A DNA stretch of 63,668 nucleotides, filler included, from an uncultured archaeon (GTDB lineage Archaea; Nanobdellota; Nanobdellia; Woesearchaeales; CAIVOO01): the NCBI GenBank assembly GCA_903842985.1. It is 8 parts of 8 records of this genome, joined end to end, with 100 filler letters (N's around TTAATTAATTAA, not from the genome) between each part and the next. Parts side by side here need not be neighbours in the genome. Positions count along the whole stretch, not along the records: positions 27,967 to 45,048 come from CAIMOB010000020.1; positions 45,149 to 51,626 come from CAIMOB010000021.1; 6 more parts are not named here. The stretch is one strand, 5' to 3'. Under the pieces are notes generated by a model. That model was not told the DNA's origin, searched no databases, and saw only the letters and a list, made by a program, of their open reading frames with translations. Made by a program: the position numbers and the translations under genes. Shown here piece by piece: positions 37,688 through 46,573 of this stretch; the first letter of the stretch is position 1; each line of letters begins with the position of its first letter.

Positions 37688-38203
37688 TTACCTGTTCGGA
37701 GACTCAAGGCGCCCGACTTTTTCTTCCCTTGGATTCTTCTCTTTCCCTTTCTTATGCTCAAGTTTCTTGGCAACCTTTTCTTCTGCCTTCTCGAGCTTAT
37801 CCAGCTTTTTCTCCTTCTCAGCGCCCTTCACAGATTTCTCTTTCTTGGCTTCCTCTGTTTTCTTCTCAAGCTTCTCTTCCTTTGTCTCTTCTTTTTTCTC
37901 AGTCTTTCCTTCCTTCTCTTCCTTTATCTCAACAGCTTTCTCGTATTTGAAGCCGAACAATTCAGCGTAAACCTTGCCGTCGTCTTCCTTGACAACATTG
38001 ATTTTGACATGATGAGGCGGAGCCCTTATTCCGCTCTGCCAGATGAATTCGTTTAATCTTTTGCCTATTAGAACATCCTGCGATTTCATGTGCCTTGACA
38101 GGAATCTTTTTAGCGCGAAAATCGCCTTCTTTGCCCTCTTGTACTTTGGAACCTTCAGCCATTCCCTTCTCAGGGGAACATTATAAATTCTTTCAATTGC
38201 CAT
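37688..38203 (-). CDS. rpl31e: 50S ribosomal protein L31e with charged tail
   Basis: ERIYNVPLR...RA.KA...RHMK...LNE.IW..G...PP. Confidence 0.95.
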   Translation of the reverse strand: MAIERIYNVPLRREWLKVPKYKRAKKAIFALKRFLSRHMKSQDVLIGKRLNEFIWQSGIRAPPHHVKINVVKEDDGKVYAELFGFKYEKAVEIKEEKEGKTEKKEETKEEKLEKKTEEAKKEKSVKGAEKEKKLDKLEKAEEKVAKKLEHKKGKEKNPREEKVGRLESPNR

Positions 38204-38204
38204 T

Positions 38205-38378
38205 TTAAGCTTTTATTTTCCTCCTTCTCCATGCTCTCTTAATTACTGTAAGCCTTCCAGGATGAATCTTTCTTCCTTTGCCGAAAACCTTTGGTATCAG
38301 CCAGAAAGGAGCCCACTTTGTTTGCCTTCCTTTCTTTGCCAGTCTCTGTTTTCTGCTCGGATGCTTGAATCTTGCCAT
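38205..38378 (-). CDS. rpl39e: 50S ribosomal protein L39e, not in the ORF track
   Basis: 57 aa MARFKH...RLAK..RQTKWAPFW...KRAWRRRKIKA; lies between PDCD5-like gene and rpl31e. Confidence 0.88.
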   Translation of the reverse strand: MARFKHPSRKQRLAKKGRQTKWAPFWLIPKVFGKGRKIHPGRLTVIKRAWRRRKIKA

Positions 38379-38379
38379 A

Positions 38380-38682
38380 TTATACCTTTCTTATTTTTGT
38401 CTCCCTTTTTTCAGGGCTCATCTGCATAAGTATTTCCTTGAGCATATCATCGCTGATCTGCCCGTGCTGTTCGGCAATCTGCGCCAAAACAGTCAGCAGC
38501 TGGATTGCCTTTTCAGGATGCGCAGCCTTCAGGTTGCTGTACCTTTCAACCGCCTCCCTTGTCAGCCTCTGCTTGATTGCAGTTTCAAGCAGGTCTACCT
38601 GCTGCTGAAATTTTAATTGATTGTTGAATTGTTTTTTGTAAGCGTCAATCTTTCTTTGTTTAAGCTCTTCAAGCTCATCCAT
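38380..38682 (-). CDS. PDCD5-like DNA-binding protein
   Basis: MDELEELK...LT.EA.ER..NLK...PE; conserved synteny. Confidence 0.88.
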   Translation of the reverse strand: MDELEELKQRKIDAYKKQFNNQLKFQQQVDLLETAIKQRLTREAVERYSNLKAAHPEKAIQLLTVLAQIAEQHGQISDDMLKEILMQMSPEKRETKIRKV

Positions 38683-38685
38683 TTT

Positions 38686-39285
38686 TTAGGCTGGCTGTGC
38701 AGCTGGCTTCTGTGCAACTGCCGCTTTTGTCTTTTTCGGCTTTGCCTCTTTCTTCTCTTCTGGCTTCGCTTCAATTTTCTGTTCAATCTGCGTTGGTTTC
38801 TCTTCAACCTTTTTCTCAATAGCCATTGGCTTCTCAACTTTCTGCTCAGGCTTCTTCCCTGTCAAAACAATCTTTGAAGCAATCTTGTCCATGAATGCCT
38901 TGCCCTTTGCAGACATCATTCTTCCTTTATTCCCTTTTTTGCTGACCTGCTCAACCAAGCCAGCTTTTTCGAGCTGCTGGAGCGCTTTCCTCAATATCGC
39001 GCCAGATGCCCTGAAAAAATGATCAGGTCTGTGCCCCATGTTCTTTTTTCCGCCGTACTTTGTCCTTAATTTTGATGTGCCGACAGGCCCTCGGGTATAG
39101 ACAGAACGAAGAACAGCTGCACACCTTGTGTGCCACCAGTCTTTTTTTATAGGAGGCCTCTCCTTATGCATGCCTGTTTTTACGAAACTGGCCCAGCTAG
39201 GCGCCTTTATCTCATTCACACTTTTCAGCTCCTCTGCTGCCTTTTCAATCAGTTCAGAGGCGTCAACATCATATACAGTTGTCAT
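38686..39285 (-). CDS. rps19e: 30S ribosomal protein S19e
   Basis: P.WA.FVKTG..KERPP...WW..R.A, LRTKYGG, LQQLE.AG. Confidence 0.96.
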   Translation of the reverse strand: MTTVYDVDASELIEKAAEELKSVNEIKAPSWASFVKTGMHKERPPIKKDWWHTRCAAVLRSVYTRGPVGTSKLRTKYGGKKNMGHRPDHFFRASGAILRKALQQLEKAGLVEQVSKKGNKGRMMSAKGKAFMDKIASKIVLTGKKPEQKVEKPMAIEKKVEEKPTQIEQKIEAKPEEKKEAKPKKTKAAVAQKPAAQPA

Positions 39286-39420
39286 ATTTCAAACGTATTT
39301 TGGGCTTATTTTTAAATCTATCGCCAAGAAACCTCAACCAGGAGTATATGAAATAACAGGCACTATATAAATATTCCTAAAGGGTAACTTATTTATATAC
39401 TCCTAACTTATTATTTTAGT

Positions 39421-39966
39421 ATGGATCCCATTAAAACAATTCAAAAATATTACAAGGCAGACTCTAATACTTATAGACTTTTAATTGAACATAGCAAGGC
39501 AGTTACAAAAAAAGCAATTAAAATCGCCAAAAAAGTTCCGCAGTTTAATCCAGATTTAAAATTCATAGAGGAAGCTGCAATGCTGCATGATATCGGGATT
39601 TTCTTGACCGACGCCCCTGAACTTGAATGCTTCGGGAAAAAACCATACATCTGCCACGGTTATCTGGGCAGAGAAATTTTAGAAAAAGAGGGCCTACTGA
39701 AACACGCGCTTGTTTGTGAAAGACATATTGGAGTGGGGCTGTCGATTCAGGACATAGAAAACGAAAAATTACCCTTGCCAAAAAGAAATATGTTGCCGGT
39801 TTCAATCGAGGAAAAGATAATTTGTCTTGCAGACAAATTTTTTTCTAAAACTAAAAAGGACTTATCAAAAGAAAAGAACGTTGATGTTATCAGGGAAGAA
39901 TTATTGAAATTAGGCAGCGATAAAGTGAAGAAATTTGATAAATTGATTAAAGAATTTAATATCTAA
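39421..39966 (+). CDS. HD (HDIG) domain phosphohydrolase
   Basis: HS..V, AMLHDIG, HG..G, ERH.G, ADKF. Confidence 0.9.
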   Translation: MDPIKTIQKYYKADSNTYRLLIEHSKAVTKKAIKIAKKVPQFNPDLKFIEEAAMLHDIGIFLTDAPELECFGKKPYICHGYLGREILEKEGLLKHALVCERHIGVGLSIQDIENEKLPLPKRNMLPVSIEEKIICLADKFFSKTKKDLSKEKNVDVIREELLKLGSDKVKKFDKLIKEFNI

Positions 39967-40003
39967 TGCATTTCTGCACCATTAAGTGCATAAACAAAGC
40001 AGA

Positions 40004-40999
40004 TCAAAAAAGAAGCTTCATTATATCAACCATTCTGCAGCTGTATGCCCATTCGTTGTCATACCAGCCGACAACATTCACAAGCGTCTTATCTATTACT
40101 CTGGTGGCTGACGGGTCAAAAACGCACGAATTTAGATTGTGTATGACATCTGATGATACAATCGGGTCTTCTGTGTATTCGAGCACACCCTTCATGTGAT
40201 AGTTTGCCACACTCTTGAACAGGTTATTGACTTCCTGCACGCTTGTCGGCTTCTCAACCTCAACAATGACATTTGCAATTGAGCCGTCTGCAACAGGAAC
40301 CCTTATTGCAAAGCCGTCAAACTTCCCCTTGATGTCAGGGATAACTTCAGCAACTGTCTCTGCTGCGCCAGTCGTAGACAAAACTAAATTAACAGCAGCG
40401 TTCCTTCCCCTTCTCAAATCCTTTGGGTCAGGCGAATCAACAAGCTTCTGCGTTGCAGTGTAAGCATGCGTCGTTGTCATGAACCCTCTCTTTATTTTGT
40501 AATTGTCATTCAGCACTTTTACCATCGGCGCAACGCAGTTTGTCGTGCATGAGCCGTTTGAGATTATGTTGTGCTTTTTCTTGTCATACAGATGCTCATT
40601 CACGCCTTTTATGACTGTAAAATCAACTTCCTTTCCCGGCGCTGAAATCAATACCTTCTTGGCGCCTGCCTGGATATGCTTCATTGCATCAGGGCCTTTT
40701 GTGAAGAAGCCGGTGCATTCGGCAACAACATCAACATTCTGCTTTTTCCACGGAAGATTAAGCGGGTCCTTCTCAGCGAAAACCGGAACCTCTTTTCCAT
40801 TGACAACAATCGAGTTCTCTTTTGCCTCGACAGTTCCCTTGAATTTGCCGTGAATGGAATCATATTTCAGGAGATAAGCAAGCGTCTTTGTGTCTGTCAG
40901 GTCATTTATTCCGACCCATTCGATTGCAGGGTCATTTATGCCTGCCTGAAAAACCTGCCTGCCGATTCTTCCAAATCCATTTATTGCCACTCTTATCAT
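40004..40999 (-). CDS. gap: type I (bacterial-type) glyceraldehyde-3-phosphate dehydrogenase
   Basis: INGFGRIGR, SCTTNC, WYDNE. Confidence 0.96.
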   Translation of the reverse strand: MIRVAINGFGRIGRQVFQAGINDPAIEWVGINDLTDTKTLAYLLKYDSIHGKFKGTVEAKENSIVVNGKEVPVFAEKDPLNLPWKKQNVDVVAECTGFFTKGPDAMKHIQAGAKKVLISAPGKEVDFTVIKGVNEHLYDKKKHNIISNGSCTTNCVAPMVKVLNDNYKIKRGFMTTTHAYTATQKLVDSPDPKDLRRGRNAAVNLVLSTTGAAETVAEVIPDIKGKFDGFAIRVPVADGSIANVIVEVEKPTSVQEVNNLFKSVANYHMKGVLEYTEDPIVSSDVIHNLNSCVFDPSATRVIDKTLVNVVGWYDNEWAYSCRMVDIMKLLF

Positions 41000-41002
41000 T
41001 TT

Positions 41003-43405
41003 TTATCTCCCCAGTTTTTTTTCTTTTTCAGCGATTGAAAGCGTTGTCTTGATAACCGCATCCGGGCTCAATGAAATCGAGTCAATCCCGCACTCAACAA
41101 GGAACTGCGCAAACTCTGGATATGTCGAAGGCGCGTCCCCGCAGATGCCGATTTTCCTGTGGTTTGCCTTTGCGTGCTGTATCACATGTCTCACAAGCGA
41201 TTTTACAGCAGGGTTTCTCTCGTCATAAATATGCGCGACAAGCTCAGAATCCCTGTCAAGTCCAAGTGTCAGCTGTGTCAAATCATTTGTGCCTATTGAG
41301 AATCCGTCAAATATCTGCGAGAATTGGTCAGCGAGGATTACATTTGAAGGGATTTCGCACATGACATACACCTGCAGCCCGTTCTTTCCCCTTTCCAATC
41401 CATTTTTCTTCATCTCTGCAATGACACTTTTTCCTTCTTCCACTGTCCTGCAGAAAGGAATCATTAATTTCAGGTTCACAAGACCCATTTCTTCCCTAAC
41501 CTTTTTCATTGCCTTGCACTCAAGTGCAAATCCGTCCTTGTAATCAGTATAATATCTTGAAGCGCCCCTCCAGCCAATCATCGGGTTGTCCTCCTTTGGC
41601 TCGTACGCCTTTCCGCCCACAAGATTTGCGTATTCGTTTGTCTTGAAATCAGAGAATCTCAGGATAACATCTTTTGGGTAATATGCAGCGCAAATCATTG
41701 CAACGCCCTGCGCAAGCTTGTCTACGAAGAAATCTGTCTTGTTTGCATAGCCATAGGTCAGCTTTTCTATTTGCTCCTTTAGCTCAGGCTCCAGCTTGTC
41801 GAAATTAATCAGCGCCTTCGGGTGTATGTTTATGTAGCTGTTGACTATGAATTCCTCCCTTGCAAGCCCGACGCCGTCATTTGGTATGAAACTCAATTCA
41901 AACGCCTCGTCCGGGTTGCCGACATTCATCATTACTTTTGTCTTCGGCCTTGGCAGGTTCTGCAGGTTAGTTGTCTTGACTTCAAACTTTAGAATGCCTT
42001 CGTAAACGCGTCCGTCATCCCCTTCTGCGCAGGAGACAGTTACTTTCTGCCCATGCTTTATCTTTTCTGTGCCGTCAATTGTTCCGACGACACAGGGGAT
42101 TCCAAGCTCCCTTGAGATAATTGCGGCATGGCAGGTCCTTCCGCCCCTGTTTGTAACAATTGCAGCTGCAATCTTCATTATCGGCTCCCAGTCCGGGTCT
42201 GTCATCTCTGTCACAAGCACCTGCCCTTTCTTGAATTTGCTGATGTCCTTGACATCTCTTATTACATTAACCTCGCCCTGCCCGATTTTTGAGCCGACGC
42301 TCCTTCCGGAGACTATTAGCTTTCCCTTTTCCTTAAGCTCATATTCCTCAAGAATATTCTTGTTCTTCTGGCTCTGCACTGTCTCGGGCCTCGCCTGGAC
42401 AATGAAAAGCTGGTTTGATTTTCCGTCCTTTGCCCATTCTGTGTCCATCGGCGTGTATTTGCCGTGAACTTCTGAGTAATGGTCCTCAATTATGCATGCC
42501 CATTTAGCCAGCGCCAGTATTTCATCATCAGTAAGCACAAATTTTTTCTGGTCTGCAGGGTCAACCCTTACATTTTTTGTTGTCTTATTGCCCTGCGTAT
42601 CATAAATCATCCTGAGTTCTTTTGTCCCGATTTTTTTTGATATTATCGGCCTGAAGCCCTGCTTTAGCGTTGGCTTGAAAATATAATATTCATCGGGGTT
42701 AACTGCGCCCTGAACAACATTCTCCCCAAGACCATAGGCGGCGTTGATAAGAACAGCGTTCTGGAATCCTGTTTCAGTGTCGATTGTGAACATAACTCCT
42801 GAGCATGCCAAATCAGACCTTACCATTTTCTGGATTCCGATTGACAATGCAACCTTAAAATGGTCAAATCCCTTGTCAACCCTGTAGGAGATTGCCCTGT
42901 TTGTGAACAAAGAAGCATAGCATTTCCTGCATGCGTCCAGCAGCTGCGTGATTCCCCTGATGTTCAAGTAAGTTTCCTGCTGTCCTGCAAAGCTTGCAGT
43001 CGGCAAATCCTCTGCAGTTGCAGAGCTTCTTACAGCGACGTCTGTGTTTGCGCCGTAAGTCGCGCATAATTTTTGATAGGCTGCTGCAATTGCATTCTTC
43101 AAGTCAGCAGGCATTTCAGCTTCAAGAATCGCGTGCCTTGCCTCGTGCCCTCTTTTTGCAAGGTCTTCAACATCTGATGTGTTAAGTCCTGTCAGTATCT
43201 TTCTTATCTTGTCTTTTATCCCTGCCTTTTCAACAAAATATACATAGGCATGCGCTGTTGTCGCGAACCCGTTCGGGATATTCACGCCTTTCTTTGTAAG
43301 ATTCTGGTACATCTCGCCCAGAGAAGCGTTTTTTCCTCCTGCAATTCCGACATCATCTATTCCCAGCTGTTCGAACCATAGAACTAATTCATTTGACTTG
43401 TCCAT
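41003..43405 (-). CDS. ppsA: phosphoenolpyruvate synthase
   Basis: GGKNASLGEM, RSSATAED, GGRTCHAAI, SIGTNDLTQ. Confidence 0.96.
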   Translation of the reverse strand: MDKSNELVLWFEQLGIDDVGIAGGKNASLGEMYQNLTKKGVNIPNGFATTAHAYVYFVEKAGIKDKIRKILTGLNTSDVEDLAKRGHEARHAILEAEMPADLKNAIAAAYQKLCATYGANTDVAVRSSATAEDLPTASFAGQQETYLNIRGITQLLDACRKCYASLFTNRAISYRVDKGFDHFKVALSIGIQKMVRSDLACSGVMFTIDTETGFQNAVLINAAYGLGENVVQGAVNPDEYYIFKPTLKQGFRPIISKKIGTKELRMIYDTQGNKTTKNVRVDPADQKKFVLTDDEILALAKWACIIEDHYSEVHGKYTPMDTEWAKDGKSNQLFIVQARPETVQSQKNKNILEEYELKEKGKLIVSGRSVGSKIGQGEVNVIRDVKDISKFKKGQVLVTEMTDPDWEPIMKIAAAIVTNRGGRTCHAAIISRELGIPCVVGTIDGTEKIKHGQKVTVSCAEGDDGRVYEGILKFEVKTTNLQNLPRPKTKVMMNVGNPDEAFELSFIPNDGVGLAREEFIVNSYINIHPKALINFDKLEPELKEQIEKLTYGYANKTDFFVDKLAQGVAMICAAYYPKDVILRFSDFKTNEYANLVGGKAYEPKEDNPMIGWRGASRYYTDYKDGFALECKAMKKVREEMGLVNLKLMIPFCRTVEEGKSVIAEMKKNGLERGKNGLQVYVMCEIPSNVILADQFSQIFDGFSIGTNDLTQLTLGLDRDSELVAHIYDERNPAVKSLVRHVIQHAKANHRKIGICGDAPSTYPEFAQFLVECGIDSISLSPDAVIKTTLSIAEKEKKLGR

Positions 43406-43654
43406 TTCGCCTCTTTTACCTAACAAACTTATACTGGCTATGAATTGAACTTTATAAATATTTATTGCTATTCTTTGAGGGTAATGAACTCAACTTAACA
43501 ATCTGTACAGATAGCTGTTTAAAACCGCAACCTTTATAAATGGGCGATTTTTTATATATCACAGGGGGTAAATATGGGGCATAGAGCAAAAGCTTTTTAA
43601 ATAATCCCATTTTACTTAAAATTTCGTTTAAAATATTGACCACGGAGGGAGAAT

Positions 43655-44947
43655 ATGGCAAAGCAAAAAGAACACATCAACCTTGTATTTATCGGTCACG
43701 TTGACCACGGAAAGTCAACTACAGTAGGCAGATTGCTGTACGATACAAAGAATATCGACGAGCAGACAATGAGAAAGCTCAAGGACAGAGCAAAGGAAAT
43801 CGGAAAAGTCGGCTTCGAGTTCGCTTTCGTTATGGATACATTAAAAGAGGAGCAGGAAAGAGGAGTCACAATAGATCTTACACACAAGAGGTTTGACACT
43901 GCGAAATATTACTTCACAGTAATCGACGCACCCGGACACAGGGATTTCATCAAGAACATGATTACGGGAGCGTCACAGGCAGATGCCGGTGTTCTAGTTG
44001 TTTCTGCAAACCCAGGAGACGGTGTTCAGGCTCAGACAAAGGAGCATGTCTATCTGGCAAGAACAATGGGAGTAAACCAGCTGATAATTGCAGTCAATAA
44101 GATGGACATGGCAAAGTACGAGCAGAAGAGATTCGAGGAAGTCAAGAAAGAAGTTGAAGGTTTGCTGAAATCCATTGGCTACGACCCAAGCAAGGTTCAG
44201 TTCATTGCAATTGCATCTTACCCAGGCGAAAATATCGCAAAGAAATCAGATAAGATGCCATGGTACACAGGACCTACACTGCTTGAGGCAATCGACAAGC
44301 TTAATGCGCCGGAAAAGCCAAGTACTTTACCGCTAAGGCTTCCAATCCAGGATGTCTATCAGATATCAGGAATTGGAACAGTCCCAGTCGGAAAGGTAAT
44401 TACGGGCGTGATGAAAGTTGGTGACAAAGTCATAGTTGTTCCTGCAAGAGACGGCAAAGGAAGAACAGGAGAAGTAAAATCAATTGAAATGCACCATGAG
44501 GCGCTTACAAGTGCAGAGCCTGGCGACAACATAGGATTTGTAGTCAGGGGCCTTGAAAAGAAGGAAATCCAAAGAGGAGATGTGCTTGGTCACACTAACA
44601 ATGTACCGAGTGTTGCAGAGGAATTCACAGCGCAGCTGGTTGTATTAAACCACCCAACTGTATTGACTGTCGGATACACTCCAGTATTCCACCTGCACAC
44701 AGCTCAGGTTGCATGCAGAATAACAGAAATTACCAAGAAAATAAATCCTGCGACAGGAGAAACGTTGCAGGCGAATCCGGACTTCGTTAAGAACGGAGAT
44801 GTAGCAATTGTGAAGATCAAGCCTACGCAGCTGCTTTGCATAGAAACCCAGAAGGATATCCCGCAGATGGCAAGATTCGCTGTCAGGGACATGGGCGCAA
44901 CAGTTGCAGTGGGAATGTGCACAGAAATAAAGAAGAAACAAATTTAA
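43655..44947 (+). CDS. tuf: elongation factor 1-alpha
   Basis: [31 protein letters not shown]. Confidence 0.98.
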   Translation: MAKQKEHINLVFIGHVDHGKSTTVGRLLYDTKNIDEQTMRKLKDRAKEIGKVGFEFAFVMDTLKEEQERGVTIDLTHKRFDTAKYYFTVIDAPGHRDFIKNMITGASQADAGVLVVSANPGDGVQAQTKEHVYLARTMGVNQLIIAVNKMDMAKYEQKRFEEVKKEVEGLLKSIGYDPSKVQFIAIASYPGENIAKKSDKMPWYTGPTLLEAIDKLNAPEKPSTLPLRLPIQDVYQISGIGTVPVGKVITGVMKVGDKVIVVPARDGKGRTGEVKSIEMHHEALTSAEPGDNIGFVVRGLEKKEIQRGDVLGHTNNVPSVAEEFTAQLVVLNHPTVLTVGYTPVFHLHTAQVACRITEITKKINPATGETLQANPDFVKNGDVAIVKIKPTQLLCIETQKDIPQMARFAVRDMGATVAVGMCTEIKKKQI

Positions 44948-44962
44948 TTTTGCTTTCATCTC

Positions 44963-44985
44963 CATAATGAATCGGATTCATTATG
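44963..44985. repeat. perfect 11-bp inverted repeat between tuf and rps10
   Basis: CATAATGAATC-G-GATTCATTATG. Confidence 0.75.
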
Positions 44986-45005
44986 ACGGTAAACCCAGGT
45001 GAATT

Positions 45006-45048
45006 ATGCCAAAAGCAAGGATAAAACTAGCAAGCAGCGACATAAACA
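45006..45048 (+). CDS. rps10p: 30S ribosomal protein S10, N-terminal fragment at contig end
   Basis: MPKARIKLASSDIN with AGGTGA SD, directly after tuf. Confidence 0.8.
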
Positions 45049-45148
45049 NNNNNNNNNNNNNNNNNNNNNNNNNNNNNNNNNNNNNNNNNNNNTTAATTAA
45101 TTAANNNNNNNNNNNNNNNNNNNNNNNNNNNNNNNNNNNNNNNNNNNN

Positions 45149-45637
45149 AAGCTTGTCCAAATTATGTAGGGGCATTCTTGTTGGATTTTCTATTATTTTT
45201 CCATTTTCTCTGTATATCAAGCTAAGAATATTATTAAAATGGTCTCCTCTGCAAAGCTCCAGCATCGGCTCTTCTCCTTCAAATTTGATAGCAAAATCAG
45301 CAGAAGTTTCTTGAAGGATTTTTGATCCAATTGTTGACACATGATAACCGCCAAGCAAAACATTGTAGCCTTTTTTCTTTACTGCTTTAGCAACATTGTA
45401 TGCTTCAATGTGACCGTAGCTAAAAGTCAGCACTGCAACTAAATCAGGCTTATGTTCATCAAGATATTTTTTAACGTAATCCAAGTTATATCCTAATCTC
45501 ATATCGAGAACTTTATTTTGTATTTTGTTGTCAAGCAAATATTGAGAAATATAACCAATGCCCAAAAGCAAACTTCGATTATCTTGATTGTTTCCTGGAA
45601 AAGGAGGTATAATAAATAAAGGCTTACTAAATCTCAT
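45149..45637 (-). CDS. cobalamin-binding radical SAM protein, N-terminal part
   Basis: LGIGYI..YL, LGGYH, FEGE, NLD.L; truncated by linker. Confidence 0.8.
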
Positions 45638-45828
45638 TTGATCTCCAACACTTTTAAATAGACAAAATAGGACATTTAAATATCTTTTGGAAAACTAAAC
45701 TTATAAATACATTGTGTTGCATTCATAAAAAATGGATTTAAAATAACAATACTGCAAATATATTAATTTATTTTTTATAATATTCTAAATAATTACCTTT
45801 ATATACAACCGCCCTTCCTTTTAATATA

Positions 45829-45910
45829 TTGCCAACACCTTTGGCTATCGGAAACGGGTCAAGGGCATTGCTTGCTGAGGCAACAAAAACGCAAGAAATT
45901 GGATTCTTGC
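45829..45910 (+). promoter_or_regulatory. structured 5' leader of rps2 (candidate r-protein leader)
   Basis: TTGCC/GGCAA outer stem, CCTTTGGC/GTCAAGGG stem, CG-GAAA-CG tetraloop, then GCAAGAA/TTCTTGC hairpin; TATA at about 45798. Confidence 0.5.
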
Positions 45911-45917
45911 TTATAAT

Positions 45918-46514
45918 ATGACAGAACCGCAATTGATAGTTGAAATGGACCAGTACCTAAAGTCAGGAATACACATAGGCACAAAGTTCAAGACAAAGTA
46001 CATGGAGAACTTCATCTACAAGATAAAGCCAGACGGGCTAGTAGTAATGAACCTGCAGAAGATCGACGAGAGATTAAGGGTTGCAGCTGACTTCATCTCA
46101 AGATTTGCGCCAAGTGAAATTGTCGTCATAAGCAAAAGGGAAAACGGCTGGAAGCCATTGAAATTATTCAGCAAAATAACAGGAATAAATGTCATGCCCG
46201 GCAGATACACGCCAGGAACAATGACAAATCTCACTCTTAAGGAATTCTCGGAATTCAAGCTTTTGGTTGTTGTTGATGCATGGCTTGATAAGAATGCTGT
46301 GCATGATGCAAAAAAGTCAGGAATGGTGATAGTTGGTTTGTGCGACACAAACAACCAGTCAAATGACCTTGACCTAATAATTCCCTGCAACAACAAGGGA
46401 AGAAAGGCTTTGGGCCTTGTTTTCTGGATACTGGCAAATGAATATATGCATAAAAGAGGCATGCCTTCAAGCCAGCAGATAGAGCATACAATTGATGATT
46501 TCTCAGAGGACTAA
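45918..46514 (+). CDS. rps2: 30S ribosomal protein S2
   Basis: YL.SGIHIGT, GRYTPGT.TN, CDTNN, PCNNKG. Confidence 0.96.
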   Translation: MTEPQLIVEMDQYLKSGIHIGTKFKTKYMENFIYKIKPDGLVVMNLQKIDERLRVAADFISRFAPSEIVVISKRENGWKPLKLFSKITGINVMPGRYTPGTMTNLTLKEFSEFKLLVVVDAWLDKNAVHDAKKSGMVIVGLCDTNNQSNDLDLIIPCNNKGRKALGLVFWILANEYMHKRGMPSSQQIEHTIDDFSED

Positions 46515-46573
46515 ACTATACCAGTATACAAAAACGTAAACTTTATATACTGCTTGATACTAATAAACTGCCA

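Noticed and set aside
15791..39285. Long Lys/Glu/Ala-rich tails on S24e, L31e, S19e and RpoE'
   Set aside because: Common low-complexity extensions in DPANN proteins; no exact tandem DNA repeat
39966..40003. TGCAC-CATTAA-GTGCA hairpin between convergent HD and gap genes
   Set aside because: Short, lacks the AAATC/GATTT core; most simply a terminator-region hairpin
40004..43405. Bacterial-type gap and ppsA as contamination
   Set aside because: On the same contig as archaeal EF-1a and ribosomal genes; bacterial-type glycolytic enzymes are known in DPANN
43430..43654. AT-rich spacer as replication origin or ncRNA
   Set aside because: Explained by divergent TATA boxes; no repeated ORB-like motif or adjacent cdc6
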